Virus record (IMG/VR): IMGVR_UViG_3300017700_000487 | Location: 1-39,318 of that record | DNA length: 39,318 nucleotides | From: a virus | Lineage: Duplodnaviria > Caudoviricetes | Reading direction: 5' to 3' (one strand) | Shown here: in pieces, positions 7,894-17,551 of the stretch | Layout of the letters: each line of letters opens with the position of its first letter | How positions within the stretch are numbered: the stretch's first letter is position 1 | Program-made: the position numbers and the translations under genes | The notes under the pieces: generated by a model | The model's input: the letters and a program-made list of their open reading frames with translations, nothing else | The model's database searches: none | What the model was told of the DNA's origin: nothing

Positions 7894-8898
7894 TTAGTCT
7901 TGGAAGAGGACGCCTTGCAGGAAGGCGTTGGAAAGGGTCATGTTGCCTGCCCACACGATAGGCTTGACCGTGGCGTCTTGGTTGATCGAGTTGACCGACT
8001 CAAGAGGAACGATGTTGCGGTTCGTGTGCGGACGCCAATGCAGATACTTGGTGTTAAGCATGTACATGTGGTTAGTCGGAGTACCGCCAGCCGACGACGC
8101 AGCCACACCAGCCGCACCAGCACCGAAGCCGTCCAGAACCACGTCAGCGTCCATGTACTTCAGCGAGGTAAAGCCCGCCGAGGCCATTTCATCCGAGGTG
8201 ATGCGCTGGATTGCCTGAAGGCTGTTCAGGTAGAACCCGTAGTAGTTCGAGTCCGCCAGAATCAGGTCAGGACGATCAGTGCCGCGAACCAGCTTGAAGT
8301 ACAGCGAGTTCATGAAGCGTTGGATGTTCGCAGCCGAAGCAGCCGAACCGCCATCCGCCGTGGCTTGGAACTTCTGGTTACGCCAGAACGACCAAGTAGC
8401 GCGGTTGATGCCGCCGACAGTACCCGTGGTCGGATCGTCAGCCACAAGCAGTTGCAGACCACCGATCTGTTTGCCGCCAGAGGCCGTGCCGTTGGAGTAC
8501 ATATCCAGCCACAGGTTGTTCTTCATCGTGTCTTCGGCGTTCTGAATACGCGACGCCAGCAGGTCGATGATAGCTTCCGTGCCGGTGTTGATAACCGAAC
8601 CCTCAAGGCCCGAAATCGTCACGTTGACGGCGGCTTGCTTCCAGTCGAACTCAGCAGCGGTGAACACGTCGCTAGGCGAGATGTTCAGCACTTCATAGCC
8701 GGAGTAACGCTGGTAAGTGACGTTCTCGGCGTATGCGAGTTCCTGAACGATGGTGCGGCCACCGTCCACTTTCTTGATCGTACAGCGCTTGTTCATTCGG
8801 TTAAGGAGCGCGATGTTTTTGGTCATGTTGTCGGCCAGCTTACCCGTGCGCGAGCGCAGGGTAGTGGTTACGAGTTCACTAAGATTGGGCGATGCCAT
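7894..8898 (-). CDS. Major capsid protein
   Basis: 334 aa, MASPNLSELVTTTLRSRTGKLADN...YSGYEVLNISPSDVFTAAEFDWKQ...YSNGTASGGKQIGGL...WAGNMTLSN; follows scaffold; AGGAG RBS. Confidence 0.9.
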   Translation of the reverse strand: MASPNLSELVTTTLRSRTGKLADNMTKNIALLNRMNKRCTIKKVDGGRTIVQELAYAENVTYQRYSGYEVLNISPSDVFTAAEFDWKQAAVNVTISGLEGSVINTGTEAIIDLLASRIQNAEDTMKNNLWLDMYSNGTASGGKQIGGLQLLVADDPTTGTVGGINRATWSFWRNQKFQATADGGSAASAANIQRFMNSLYFKLVRGTDRPDLILADSNYYGFYLNSLQAIQRITSDEMASAGFTSLKYMDADVVLDGFGAGAAGVAASSAGGTPTNHMYMLNTKYLHWRPHTNRNIVPLESVNSINQDATVKPIVWAGNMTLSNAFLQGVLFQD

Positions 8899-8908
8899 TT
8901 GTTAGCTC

Positions 8909-9937
8909 CTAGGCTTGACCCGCTAGCTCGCTCAGAGCGTTGCGAATGTCATCCTCGATTGATCCGGTTGCATTCGTGGAGGCCACACGCATATTAGCGG
9001 GTGACCCGGTTACGCTGACAGCCGCAGCCCTCGCCCTAGTCGCTTGCGCCGGGTCTCTCACAATCTGCGGCGTTTGCAGCAGAGGGCGAATGTCCGGCCT
9101 CATCCAGCAAGCCATCTCGTAGGCTTCCTTCAAATCCTTGGCCTTACCGTTATTCAAGAGCACCGCCATATCGTCGCGGACGTTCTCGAAATACAGGTTG
9201 GCCGGATCGTTCTGGAAAGCCTCGATCTGGCTGACGATAGGCGCGGTTTGCGCCGTCTGGACTTGAGCTTGTAGGGTCTGAAGTTGCTGCTTCAGCGCGG
9301 CAATCTCTGGATGGCTGTCCGGTGCGGGCTGGGCCTGTGGCTGTCCCTGCGGCTGGGCCGATAGATTCGCGATGTTGACGCCATACGCACGGGCTAGATG
9401 CTGAATCGCCTCTGCTGGCTTCGTCTCCAACATATCCTGAGCCGCAAGCAGCGTTCGGATTGCAGAAACTTCGTCCATTCCCGCCATCGTCCACTTGGAA
9501 CGGTGCGGAGCGATCAGTTGCTCTAGCGGTTCGTACCGCTTCATTTCCTCAGACTTGCGGCGAAGCCCGTGGTCGATTTCCTGCTCTCGCTTTGCAACGG
9601 CCTGTTGCACTTCGGGAGGAAGGTTATCGAACGTGGCCTTAGCCGCAGGTGACCATGAAGCCGGGGCGCGGATGGCGAGCTTTACAGCAGGGTCCGCGAC
9701 TGCCTCCGAGGGCTGGTCGGTAGTATCTTGCGCCGTTTCGTCGGGTTTGGCAACAAACTTGCCGTCTGCACCACGAACGCGCCCATCAACGGGCTTTTCA
9801 GGATCTTCAACGGCAACCTCTGCCGGAATCTCCGCTTCTGCGGCTACCTCGACCTGCACGGCCTCAGGCTCATCCTCTAGGGAGGAGAGCGCCTTGCGAA
9901 TGTCCTCGCCAATATCGTTATCACCGTTATCCAACAT
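8909..9937 (-). CDS. Capsid scaffolding protein
   Basis: Acidic N-terminus, RGADGKF and APASW motifs, coiled coil, directly upstream of the capsid gene. Confidence 0.8.
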   Translation of the reverse strand: MLDNGDNDIGEDIRKALSSLEDEPEAVQVEVAAEAEIPAEVAVEDPEKPVDGRVRGADGKFVAKPDETAQDTTDQPSEAVADPAVKLAIRAPASWSPAAKATFDNLPPEVQQAVAKREQEIDHGLRRKSEEMKRYEPLEQLIAPHRSKWTMAGMDEVSAIRTLLAAQDMLETKPAEAIQHLARAYGVNIANLSAQPQGQPQAQPAPDSHPEIAALKQQLQTLQAQVQTAQTAPIVSQIEAFQNDPANLYFENVRDDMAVLLNNGKAKDLKEAYEMACWMRPDIRPLLQTPQIVRDPAQATRARAAAVSVTGSPANMRVASTNATGSIEDDIRNALSELAGQA

Positions 9938-10262
9938 AGCCTGCCTCCACTTGCTCGATTGCTGTTTTGATGTCTTGCTTCATATCGCCAACGTCAGGGA
10001 CGGACGGCGACGCCACGTCAGGAATATCGTTCCCGACAATCACACACCCCGCATCCTTCACGGCCCGCTCGTAAGCTGACCGGGAATCGTACATCAGCCC
10101 GTTGGCGTGGTTCACTATCGGGTCCATGCCGTCCGACCGAATAGCGGGCATAGGCAGATGCGAGCGCGCCTTGCGGAACTGCTCTAGGCAATCACGCGGC
10201 CATGCGGCAACGTCGTGAATGTCCCCGCAAGACTGACACTTTCGGTAGGTTGCCCTGCTCAT
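9927..10262 (-). CDS. Hypothetical protein with CxxC
   Basis: MSRATYRKCQSCGDIH...YDSRSAYERAVKDAGCVIVGND; start set at ATG 10262. Confidence 0.65.
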   Translation of the reverse strand: MSRATYRKCQSCGDIHDVAAWPRDCLEQFRKARSHLPMPAIRSDGMDPIVNHANGLMYDSRSAYERAVKDAGCVIVGNDIPDVASPSVPDVGDMKQDIKTAIEQVEAGYVG

Positions 10263-10263
10263 T

Positions 10264-10755
10264 CTAGGCGAAGTACGTGGCTGTGACGTAGAACGACGAG
10301 CTGTCCGTAATGTCCGTGGCCGCAAGCGAGCCGCCCACCGCATTGTACAGCAGGATGGTCGTGGTCGCGTTGTTCACCCGGCAGACGTTCGTGTAGCTCG
10401 TGGCGAAGGCTCCAATCTGGATCGAAGACGCGCCGTTCTGGCCAGCCGTGACAGGCAGGTCCTCAATCGTCACCGCGCCCGACAAGCCACCCCGGCTAGA
10501 CAGAATGATACGGAGCGAAACCACAACCACATCGCCAATGCGTTGCCACGATCCGTTCTGTGCCGTGTACGTAATGCCCGTACTAGACCCGCCGATAGCG
10601 AGGCGAGGCGTCCACGATGCCTTTGCGCCAGCAATGAACGTCTTGAGCTGGGTTCCGGTGACCTTGACGCTTGCCGCGCTCTGCGAAGCCTCAAACAGAT
10701 CAGCCGCCGCAACAGCAGCGCCAGCAGTCAGATCAGGGATTGTCTTGTTGGCCAT
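10264..10755 (-). CDS. Small fibre/appendage-like virion protein
   Basis: N-terminal KTIPDLTA module; C-terminal SWTPRL...YTAQNGSWQRIGDVVVV...IEDLPV beta domain resembling fibre tips. Confidence 0.6.
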   Translation of the reverse strand: MANKTIPDLTAGAAVAAADLFEASQSAASVKVTGTQLKTFIAGAKASWTPRLAIGGSSTGITYTAQNGSWQRIGDVVVVSLRIILSSRGGLSGAVTIEDLPVTAGQNGASSIQIGAFATSYTNVCRVNNATTTILLYNAVGGSLAATDITDSSSFYVTATYFA

Positions 10756-10758
10756 GTC

Positions 10759-11094
10759 TTATCCAGTCGTGATGCGAGTTGAACCGTCTGACGTAACGCG
10801 AGTATCTCCCGCGCTGGTGATGCGGACGTTAGTGATCGTGCCAGCCGTCAGCGCCCCAAGGCTTGACCAGTTCGTCGCGCCAGAGGCAGTCGCAAACGCC
10901 TGCATGGCCTCGTTGATGTTGAGGAACGCGCGTCCCAAGCGGGCATTGATGAACATCAGTTGCCGCTCATTGAACGTCCCCGCAGGAACGGCCTCCGAAT
11001 CAAACAGCCGCAACAGGTCTTCGTTGTAGTTCGACCCGGTAGCAAAGCCGCTCAACGTCCGCGCGCTGGCCTGTCTTAGCCCCTGCTGGCTCAC
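10759..11094 (-). CDS. Hypothetical virion protein with C-terminal RxTxxG repeats
   Basis: Ends RITSAGDTRVTSDGSTRITTG. Confidence 0.65.
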   Translation of the reverse strand: MSQQGLRQASARTLSGFATGSNYNEDLLRLFDSEAVPAGTFNERQLMFINARLGRAFLNINEAMQAFATASGATNWSSLGALTAGTITNVRITSAGDTRVTSDGSTRITTG

Positions 11095-11882
11095 TATACG
11101 GCCTCCACCAATATCAGGTCATATCCAGCAACAACCTCAAGATTGTTTCCGTTCGTTGCGATGCAGCGAATCACGATGTCCGTCTTTTCCGCGAAACTGA
11201 TAGGAACCGCCAACGTCTCGTTGCTCGAATAGTTGGAGCTAATCATAAACGGCCTGCGATAGCGGAACACGCCGCCGAAACTACGGACGGCAAACACACA
11301 ATCCGCCGACCCGGCGTTAGCGCCCCTCAATGCCGAAGAAGTCGCCATGAGATACCCGGTTGTGCCCGCCGGTACAGTGTAGGCCGTGGACGCCGTTTGG
11401 TTCGTGCTTGGAAGCATCACAAGAAACACATTGGCTTCAGTCGTCGCGTGACGAACCGTGATCGTCCCTACATTGAACCCGCCTGATCCCGCTGACTCAC
11501 CCCGCATCGTGTGAACGCGACGATACGAATTAACCGATTGAACTGGCGTTGTCCCGTTGAGCGTAAGGGTCTCGCTAGTTTCGATCCAGTCGCCGTTAAG
11601 TCCTTGGATAACCACCGTCCGCAGGCCTGTCCCAGCCGACGTATCATTCGCGCTGGACGATAGAATCTCTACAGGCTCAAGCGTATTTACCGGAAAGCCC
11701 GTGTAAAGCCCACCGCCGCCCCAAATGTCTTCCGGCGTGGTCGCTGTATCAATATCCAGATTGTTGCCAAACTTATTAACCGTCGAATAGCCATCAACCA
11801 GACCTGCCGAAATCCAGATTGGCGTTGACCGATAAGTCGCTTCCGCACCTATCATTAGCCATTCGTTGATGGACCTAGACAT
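11094..11882 (-). CDS. Hypothetical beta-rich, probably virion, protein
   Basis: NKFGNNLDIDTATTPEDIW...SSSANDTSAGTGLRTVVIQGL...YTVPAGTTGYL. Confidence 0.65.
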   Translation of the reverse strand: MSRSINEWLMIGAEATYRSTPIWISAGLVDGYSTVNKFGNNLDIDTATTPEDIWGGGGLYTGFPVNTLEPVEILSSSANDTSAGTGLRTVVIQGLNGDWIETSETLTLNGTTPVQSVNSYRRVHTMRGESAGSGGFNVGTITVRHATTEANVFLVMLPSTNQTASTAYTVPAGTTGYLMATSSALRGANAGSADCVFAVRSFGGVFRYRRPFMISSNYSSNETLAVPISFAEKTDIVIRCIATNGNNLEVVAGYDLILVEAV

Positions 11883-13993
11883 TACGCACTCGCCTGCGGA
11901 GTTGGGTCGCGGTTAAGGGCTTCACGCTTCACGCCAAGCTCTTGCATCTTCACTTGCGCGTCGATCTGGCTGATCTGACCGTCCATCTGCGTCCGCTGCA
12001 TCTCAACCTGAGCCTTCATTTGCTCGGTCTGCGCCTTCATTTGCTCCGCTTGCAGCACGGCAGGATCAACAGGCGGTGGTTGCGGCGGACCTTCTGGCTG
12101 GGCAGGCGGTTGCGCCTCGGCAGTCTCAAACACCTTGTCAATCGTGTCCTCAAGCGTCCGGCTGACCTTGAACACACGCGCCGACTGCTTGAATATTTCA
12201 GCGAACAGCGGAGCCACATAAGGCGCGGCGGGGAGGATTGTGCTGGCCACCTGAAGCAGTTGGGTAATGGACCCCACATACTCGGTGAACGCCTGCTTTT
12301 GCGCCGTCTCGTCAGGCTCAATCGTGGAGTCAGTCTCAATGTCGATGCGGAACGAACGCATGGCGTCATTCGACAGAAGACCTTTCACGTCCTCCCATGA
12401 CGGCTGCTTGAGCAAGTCCATGATTTCAGGATCAGGCTGCGGCTGGGGCGGTGGTTCCTGACCTTGCATCTGAGCGGCCTGCGCCTGACCTTGCCAGATC
12501 ATCGCCTGTTGCTGCATCTGCATCTGAGCCATCTGCTTCTCGGCATTGGTCATGAGCTTTACGTTCGTCATGGCCTTCAGCGTCTTGATGCTGAAATGCT
12601 CCGCGATGATCTCGGCCTTGATCTCGATAGCATCCCGCGCGAACCGCTGAACGTCCTTCTGCCGGTCACGAACCCGCAAGCTGCCCCATTGAGCCTTGAT
12701 GCCCTGCGCGGTCGCCGTCTCGTTCGGATCGCTGTCGCCCCGCAGAATGTCAGACAGGCCGGTGATCTGGTAGATGTCCGAGATGACCTGTGCGCGGGCC
12801 TCGTAGCACCCCTTGAGGCACTGCATGACCATATCAATAGGCACCCATTCGATCAGCCCCTTGATCCCGCCCTTCTCTTTGAACAGGTCGTAAGCGTCGA
12901 TAGGAATGAGCGCGTTCTCATTGCCCGGCGTGAACACGTTTTGCAGCGTTACGTTCTCTTCGCCCGCGTACACACCCACCATGCGGAGAGCGTTCTGTAG
13001 CTTGGCGATGCGCTGCGTCAGGTCGTCAAGCTCGTTAGCCTGATCCTGATACTGGACGTAATCAGGGACCGGGATCGTGCTATCAGGCCCGACCGTCGCA
13101 TTGAGCGGAGGCGGGCAAGGAAAGAAGTCCTTAAGCCCCAACGGGTCATCCCGAACGTCAAGACATTGGACCGGGTAGGACTTGGACACCCAATAGGCTT
13201 TGCGGGTCGTTACGTCCCAAATCTCGTAAACCTGAGCCTTCTTGGACGCATCCCGCTCCCCATCACGATCAGCGCCGTCCTCGCCCGTCTTGGACGCCCC
13301 ATCCAGCGGAACCTGCTTGCCAACCTCTTCGCCAAACCGCTTCTTGAGTTCAGCCCGCGTCATGAACACACGACGGCTAACCCACCGCGTCTCGGCCCAT
13401 TCACGCGTCGGGTTGGTCAAAAAGTCTTTCCACGCAACGTGGTCGCACAAGACCTCTTCGTACTCGACCTCTTCCCCCGGCTCCGACCCATCAGAACCGT
13501 TCTGGTCCTCTACGCCTTCGTCTTCGTCAACGTCGCCAGCCTCGACCTCGCGAATGGTTGGGACGTACCTAGCCCACAACTGACCACGGCCTGACAGAAG
13601 ATAGTCATTCCGGCAAAGCTGCATCCGACCGTCAAAGTCATACGACTCAAGGCTATAAGCCAACGCCCTTTCCAGAACGTCAGCCGCGACCTTGCCTACC
13701 GGGTCAGGGTCATTGAACCGGCGCGAGACTTCAGGGACAGGACGCTTGGCATAGATCGCCGGGGCCAGCGTCTGCACATTGGACCACAGGATAGCAAAGC
13801 GCCGGATCGGATTGACGTTAGCGTTTGCCCCGCCCCGCCCGTTGCGAATCTCGTTCTTGTAGCGGCGAATGATTACATCACCAGAACGCCACCACGACGC
13901 ACAGCCTTTCTCAGCCGCCTCGATTTCCTCAATCCAGCGCGCGCACAGTTTGTTGGCGTCCGTGGCCTCGGTGGTCAGTTCTTTGGAAGCCAT
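11882..13993 (-). CDS. Portal protein
   Basis: ~700 aa downstream of TerL; ILWSNVQTLAPAIY, FFPCPPPL, IYQITGLSDILRG, ETATAQGIK, FRIDIETDSTI; Q-rich C-terminal coil. Confidence 0.9.
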   Translation of the reverse strand: MASKELTTEATDANKLCARWIEEIEAAEKGCASWWRSGDVIIRRYKNEIRNGRGGANANVNPIRRFAILWSNVQTLAPAIYAKRPVPEVSRRFNDPDPVGKVAADVLERALAYSLESYDFDGRMQLCRNDYLLSGRGQLWARYVPTIREVEAGDVDEDEGVEDQNGSDGSEPGEEVEYEEVLCDHVAWKDFLTNPTREWAETRWVSRRVFMTRAELKKRFGEEVGKQVPLDGASKTGEDGADRDGERDASKKAQVYEIWDVTTRKAYWVSKSYPVQCLDVRDDPLGLKDFFPCPPPLNATVGPDSTIPVPDYVQYQDQANELDDLTQRIAKLQNALRMVGVYAGEENVTLQNVFTPGNENALIPIDAYDLFKEKGGIKGLIEWVPIDMVMQCLKGCYEARAQVISDIYQITGLSDILRGDSDPNETATAQGIKAQWGSLRVRDRQKDVQRFARDAIEIKAEIIAEHFSIKTLKAMTNVKLMTNAEKQMAQMQMQQQAMIWQGQAQAAQMQGQEPPPQPQPDPEIMDLLKQPSWEDVKGLLSNDAMRSFRIDIETDSTIEPDETAQKQAFTEYVGSITQLLQVASTILPAAPYVAPLFAEIFKQSARVFKVSRTLEDTIDKVFETAEAQPPAQPEGPPQPPPVDPAVLQAEQMKAQTEQMKAQVEMQRTQMDGQISQIDAQVKMQELGVKREALNRDPTPQASA

Positions 13994-14058
13994 AGCCCCT
14001 CGCAAGCATTAGCGGGACAATAACTTGCGCGAGGCGGCTTGTCGAGGGAACGTCTATG

Positions 14059-14217
14059 CTAGAAACCAAGGCCAAGCGCAGCCCAACACGAAAAGGCTCG
14101 CAAGCGGGCCTCTTGGGCCGTCAGCGGCTTGTTTGTCCACCAAACGTTCTCTGGACCGTTACGCTCAATCCGGTCCGCGTCTCTCTCGTAAGCCCGCGCT
14201 GCGTATAAGTGCACCAT
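14059..14217 (-). CDS. 52-aa hypothetical protein between TerL and portal
   Basis: Read by hand: MVHLYAARAYERDADRIERNGPENVWWTNKPLTAQEARLRAFSCWAALGLGF; TAATG coupling to the TerL stop. Confidence 0.5.
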   Translation of the reverse strand: MVHLYAARAYERDADRIERNGPENVWWTNKPLTAQEARLRAFSCWAALGLGF

Positions 14218-15764
14218 TACGCCCTCTCATAACCCGTTGTAGCGGGCTGCATCCGCATGACGTCGTTCCACGTCGTGTCTTTAAGCGTAGGGATTGGCTT
14301 CTCAGGCTCAACGACCTCAACCGGCAGCTCCTTGTAACTCATAGCCAGATACCGCTCTGCGTCCGCGCCGTGAGAGGCCCAGTCATGTCGGGGCCTGTCC
14401 TTCCAGACGCCCAAGTCCTCATCCCATTCCTTGCGGTAGTTACGCAGGCACTTAAGCCCCTCCGCGCACTCTTCCTCATCAAACACGCTGATAGCCAGAA
14501 CCTCACGCACTGCGTTGATCCCATCATCGACATTGCCTAGCGGGACCATGCGCGTATTGGGGTATTCCTTCATGAACTGCTCAATGCGCGTCAGGCCGGT
14601 TCCCCACTCCTTCACCCGCACGTCGTGGGGCATGAAGTTACGGCCCACAATCCAGCCCAGCCGCTCATAGATCGCCCGCATGTTCTTGACGATGTGAGGC
14701 ATCCCCTCGCCCGTGCAGGACCAATAGCCCACATGGCGAACCTGACCCGGCAGTATCTGGAAGAACCAGATTGCGTGCCGATCCCCCACCCCAATGTCAT
14801 GGGCCGCATGGACAGGGTAGCCTTGAACGGCCTTGAACGCACCTACGCGCTGTTCGGAGTCAGCCTTGGCGAGTTGCTCGGCGTAGTATGCGCCTTCTAC
14901 ACTGGCCTCAAAGGCCTCTTCCGGCGTAGACGGGAACTCGCGCTTCATATCCGCGCCTTGGACCTCAGCCTTCTTCGCGTACCACGCCTCCTTGCGGGGG
15001 TTGAGCGGTATGCCTTGGTCAATCAGCTTGTCGAAGTAGGTCCGCATGGTCTGCGTGATGACCACATCAGCCGGGTCCATTTCATAAGCAGGCTCGCGCC
15101 ACCACGAATAGAAGTGAAACCGCCAGTCCAGTTCAGTGTCTGCCACGCCCTGACGCTTACGGGCCTGCGCTGTCTGGCACATGTCATAGAACTTGCCCTC
15201 TTGCCCCTCAGCGGTGCTTTCAATGAAGGCGATCTGTCCGGCCTGAAGCGTGTTCAAAGCCCCGGTGACAATCTCTCGCGCCTTGTGGGGCATCTTGGCG
15301 CATATCTTGCCGAACTCGGAGATGTGCAGAAACTGAAGCGTTCCAGACCGCAGCGATGTGCCGACGCGAATCACGCTGTTGTTGGCTAGCTCCAACTCAG
15401 TCGTGTTGTTCTTCCTGATCGGATTCGCCGCCTTGATCTGGTCAGGCAGGTTGTCATACGGGAACTTGATCTTGTCCCGGAAGATCACCGTCGCATCGTC
15501 CAGCGTGTGAGCGATCACTCCGCAGCGCGTGTCCGGGTAGAACACAGCCATATCCAACATGTAAATCTGGATGAAGGTTGTAAACCCTAGCTGACGGGCC
15601 TTCAGGATGATGTTGAGGTAATGCAGCTCGTCTAGCAGCTCGGCCTGCGCCCAGTTCATCTGGAACTTGACGCGCTTACCCTCTTTGTCCGTGATCCAGT
15701 AGAGATTGTTCAGCCGCCATCGCTGGTCGGTGAAGCAATCAAGAACTTGGGCGGGGACGGCCAT
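14217..15764 (-). CDS. terL: Terminase large subunit
   Basis: Walker A region ILKARQLGFTT, Walker B LHISEFG, coupling motif ESTAEG, nuclease motifs HDIGVGD and HDWASHGADA. Confidence 0.95.
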   Translation of the reverse strand: MAVPAQVLDCFTDQRWRLNNLYWITDKEGKRVKFQMNWAQAELLDELHYLNIILKARQLGFTTFIQIYMLDMAVFYPDTRCGVIAHTLDDATVIFRDKIKFPYDNLPDQIKAANPIRKNNTTELELANNSVIRVGTSLRSGTLQFLHISEFGKICAKMPHKAREIVTGALNTLQAGQIAFIESTAEGQEGKFYDMCQTAQARKRQGVADTELDWRFHFYSWWREPAYEMDPADVVITQTMRTYFDKLIDQGIPLNPRKEAWYAKKAEVQGADMKREFPSTPEEAFEASVEGAYYAEQLAKADSEQRVGAFKAVQGYPVHAAHDIGVGDRHAIWFFQILPGQVRHVGYWSCTGEGMPHIVKNMRAIYERLGWIVGRNFMPHDVRVKEWGTGLTRIEQFMKEYPNTRMVPLGNVDDGINAVREVLAISVFDEEECAEGLKCLRNYRKEWDEDLGVWKDRPRHDWASHGADAERYLAMSYKELPVEVVEPEKPIPTLKDTTWNDVMRMQPATTGYERA

Positions 15765-16155
15765 TGCTAGACACCGCCTCCATCAGCGCGCCGAAAGGAT
15801 TGTTGCCGTCCGGGTCTTCATGGACGGTCGTGGCCTTATCGCCAAACTGCTTGTGAGCCAACTTGGACGCCAGCCACTTACGGGCATCGAACTGAAGCCT
15901 GCCAAGCTGTGCGTCTTTGGCGTTGGTTGCTTCCTTCACTCCACGGTGAGCAACAAACACGCCCAAATCCTCTCGCGCACGTGCGTACATGTCCGAGAAC
16001 TCTTTGTGCTGCGACAGCCACAGATACACGCTTGAACGTGCTGGCATGTCATCGGCCTTGCAAACCTCTACAAGCCCTCCCTCTTCTTCGGATAGGCGCT
16101 CGCAGATAATGGCCGCTAGTTCTGGCGTGTAGTCAGAAGGGCGACCGCCTGCCAT
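15739..16155 (-). CDS. terS: Terminase small subunit (Sf6 gp1-like)
   Basis: GRPSDYTPELAAIICERL...MPARSSVYLWL...FSDMYARARE...DARKWLASKL; upstream of TerL. Confidence 0.9.
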   Translation of the reverse strand: MAGGRPSDYTPELAAIICERLSEEEGGLVEVCKADDMPARSSVYLWLSQHKEFSDMYARAREDLGVFVAHRGVKEATNAKDAQLGRLQFDARKWLASKLAHKQFGDKATTVHEDPDGNNPFGALMEAVSSNGRPRPSS

Positions 16156-16229
16156 GTGTCCTCAGTCTGGTTTGCGTCTAGCCTTACGCCGTGGCTGGGG
16201 CTTAGAGCGATTGAGAGTATGCCTTGGGG

Positions 16230-16406
16230 CTATGCGTCGGTCAAGCCGTGAGCGAGGGCCATTAGGATAGCGCGTTGGGCTGGACCGCTGGGGCCTTTGG
16301 TGGCGTAGTTCTGTGCGGTCTTGGGGCTTACCATAAGCCAACGACCCGCCGCTTGTTGCGACAGGCCGAGGGTTGAGAGGGCGGCGCGGTATTCAGCGGG
16401 GGTCAT
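16230..16406 (-). CDS. Small XRE-type HTH protein
   Basis: MTPAEYRAALSTLGLSQQAAGRWLMVSPKTAQNY. Confidence 0.75.
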   Translation of the reverse strand: MTPAEYRAALSTLGLSQQAAGRWLMVSPKTAQNYATKGPSGPAQRAILMALAHGLTDA

Positions 16407-16627
16407 CGAACCCACATTCCTTGTGGCTCACTCCAATTGACCCATACGGTGCTTGTCCGAACCCCCGGAGCCTTTGCAGTCGCTTTGGCGGCTATGCGCT
16501 TCATCCCCACCCACTGATGGCCTTTGGGGTATCTGCTCGCTTTGCAGAACGTCCACTCAAGGGTGAGGCCGGGGTTCTTGGCGGAGAGGGCTGCGGTCGC
16601 TTTAGCTTTCAGCGTCCGCGTGTTCAT
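16403..16627 (-). CDS. Small basic hypothetical protein
   Basis: MNTRTLKAKATAALSAKNPG...; ATGA coupling to the HTH gene. Confidence 0.55.
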   Translation of the reverse strand: MNTRTLKAKATAALSAKNPGLTLEWTFCKASRYPKGHQWVGMKRIAAKATAKAPGVRTSTVWVNWSEPQGMWVR

Positions 16628-16677
16628 GGCTTCGTTTCCGTTCCGGCTAGTGCTTGATTGCCCTGCGCCGGTAGCTA

Positions 16678-16711
16678 TGGATAGCACATATTACGCACCG
16701 CGCAACGTCAA
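16678..16711 (-). promoter_or_regulatory. Putative sigma70-type promoter for the 16627/16406 gene pair
   Basis: Minus strand TTGACG...GTGCTATCC in an AT-rich intergenic stretch. Confidence 0.5.
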
Positions 16712-16736
16712 AAATGCATTTAGGCAAAAAATAATG

Positions 16737-17081
16737 TTAGGCCATCAACCCCGCTCGCAATGCCGCGTCTAGCTCCTCGCTCATTTCTGCCGGGAACGTA
16801 CGGATCGGCTGCTTTTTGCCTACTTCCGTAAAATGCTTCAGCCAGATCGTCGCGGCCTTTTCCTCGCGCGTGGCTCGCTTTTGTTGGTCCTTCGCAAATC
16901 GGCCTAGCTCACGGTTTGCAGCCCAATACGCAACCTCACCAGCGGCTTTGCGGCGAAACTCTATCAGCGCGTCAACAAACTGATCTGTGATGGTCAGATA
17001 CCGTGCGCCGCCATTGTCATAGACCTTGACGGGCGGACTACCCCTTGGGGCTTCCGGGTTGTGATAATCGATCATCATCAC
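16737..17081 (-). CDS. Hypothetical protein
   Basis: 114 aa ORF in the leftward early arm. Confidence 0.6.
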   Translation of the reverse strand: MMMIDYHNPEAPRGSPPVKVYDNGGARYLTITDQFVDALIEFRRKAAGEVAYWAANRELGRFAKDQQKRATREEKAATIWLKHFTEVGKKQPIRTFPAEMSEELDAALRAGLMA

Positions 17082-17101
17082 TCAGCCGATGGTATACACG
17101 C

Positions 17102-17299
17102 TTATAGGCCCAACGCTGCCAGCTCATCCGCAATCGACGGGCGATCACCCATTGGCGCACGATGCCAGTCTGCGGCTTTCAATGCGGCCTCCCGGCTTTT
17201 GTAGTTAGCCATGCGCGTATGAACCACGCCGTTCTGTGTCAGCGTGAAGGACCAGCGGTCGCCGTCTTGTGTTAGCTCGGTGTGCCATGCATCCGTCAT
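17102..17299 (-). CDS. Hypothetical protein
   Basis: 65 aa, coupled to upstream ORF. Confidence 0.6.
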   Translation of the reverse strand: MTDAWHTELTQDGDRWSFTLTQNGVVHTRMANYKSREAALKAADWHRAPMGDRPSIADELAALGL

Positions 17300-17508
17300 T
17301 TGCGAGCTTTCTCAAACTGCCGCATGAACACAGCCGGGGCCTCGCCATGCTTCCCGGTCATCTGCCTTACAGGCTTCCCTTGGCTTTCGCGGTAGGAGAG
17401 CCAAGAATCCCTAGCCTTTTGGCTTTTCGGGCAAGCGTAGGTTCTGACTGCGAATAGCGGATCATGACCGTCATTCATCGGCTGTAGTCCTGCTTTTGTA
17501 CCGTCCAC
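17296..17508 (-). CDS. Hypothetical protein (start uncertain)
   Basis: ORF in a contiguous operon. Confidence 0.5.
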   Translation of the reverse strand: MDGTKAGLQPMNDGHDPLFAVRTYACPKSQKARDSWLSYRESQGKPVRQMTGKHGEAPAVFMRQFEKARK

Positions 17509-17551
17509 GGGGTCCAGAATATCGCTCGGATAGGCTTTGGCTTGTCAGGGG

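Noticed and set aside
7726-8997. 423-aa plus-strand ORF, and similar long antisense ORFs at 5742..6779 and 33542..34936
   Set aside because: Antisense to clear genes; expected from high-GC codon bias; no recognisable motifs.
16527-16558. GGGGTATCTGC...GCAGA as another cassette motif copy
   Set aside because: Lacks the RTGMACC arm and the GGTGG lead-in, and lies outside the cluster; probably chance.
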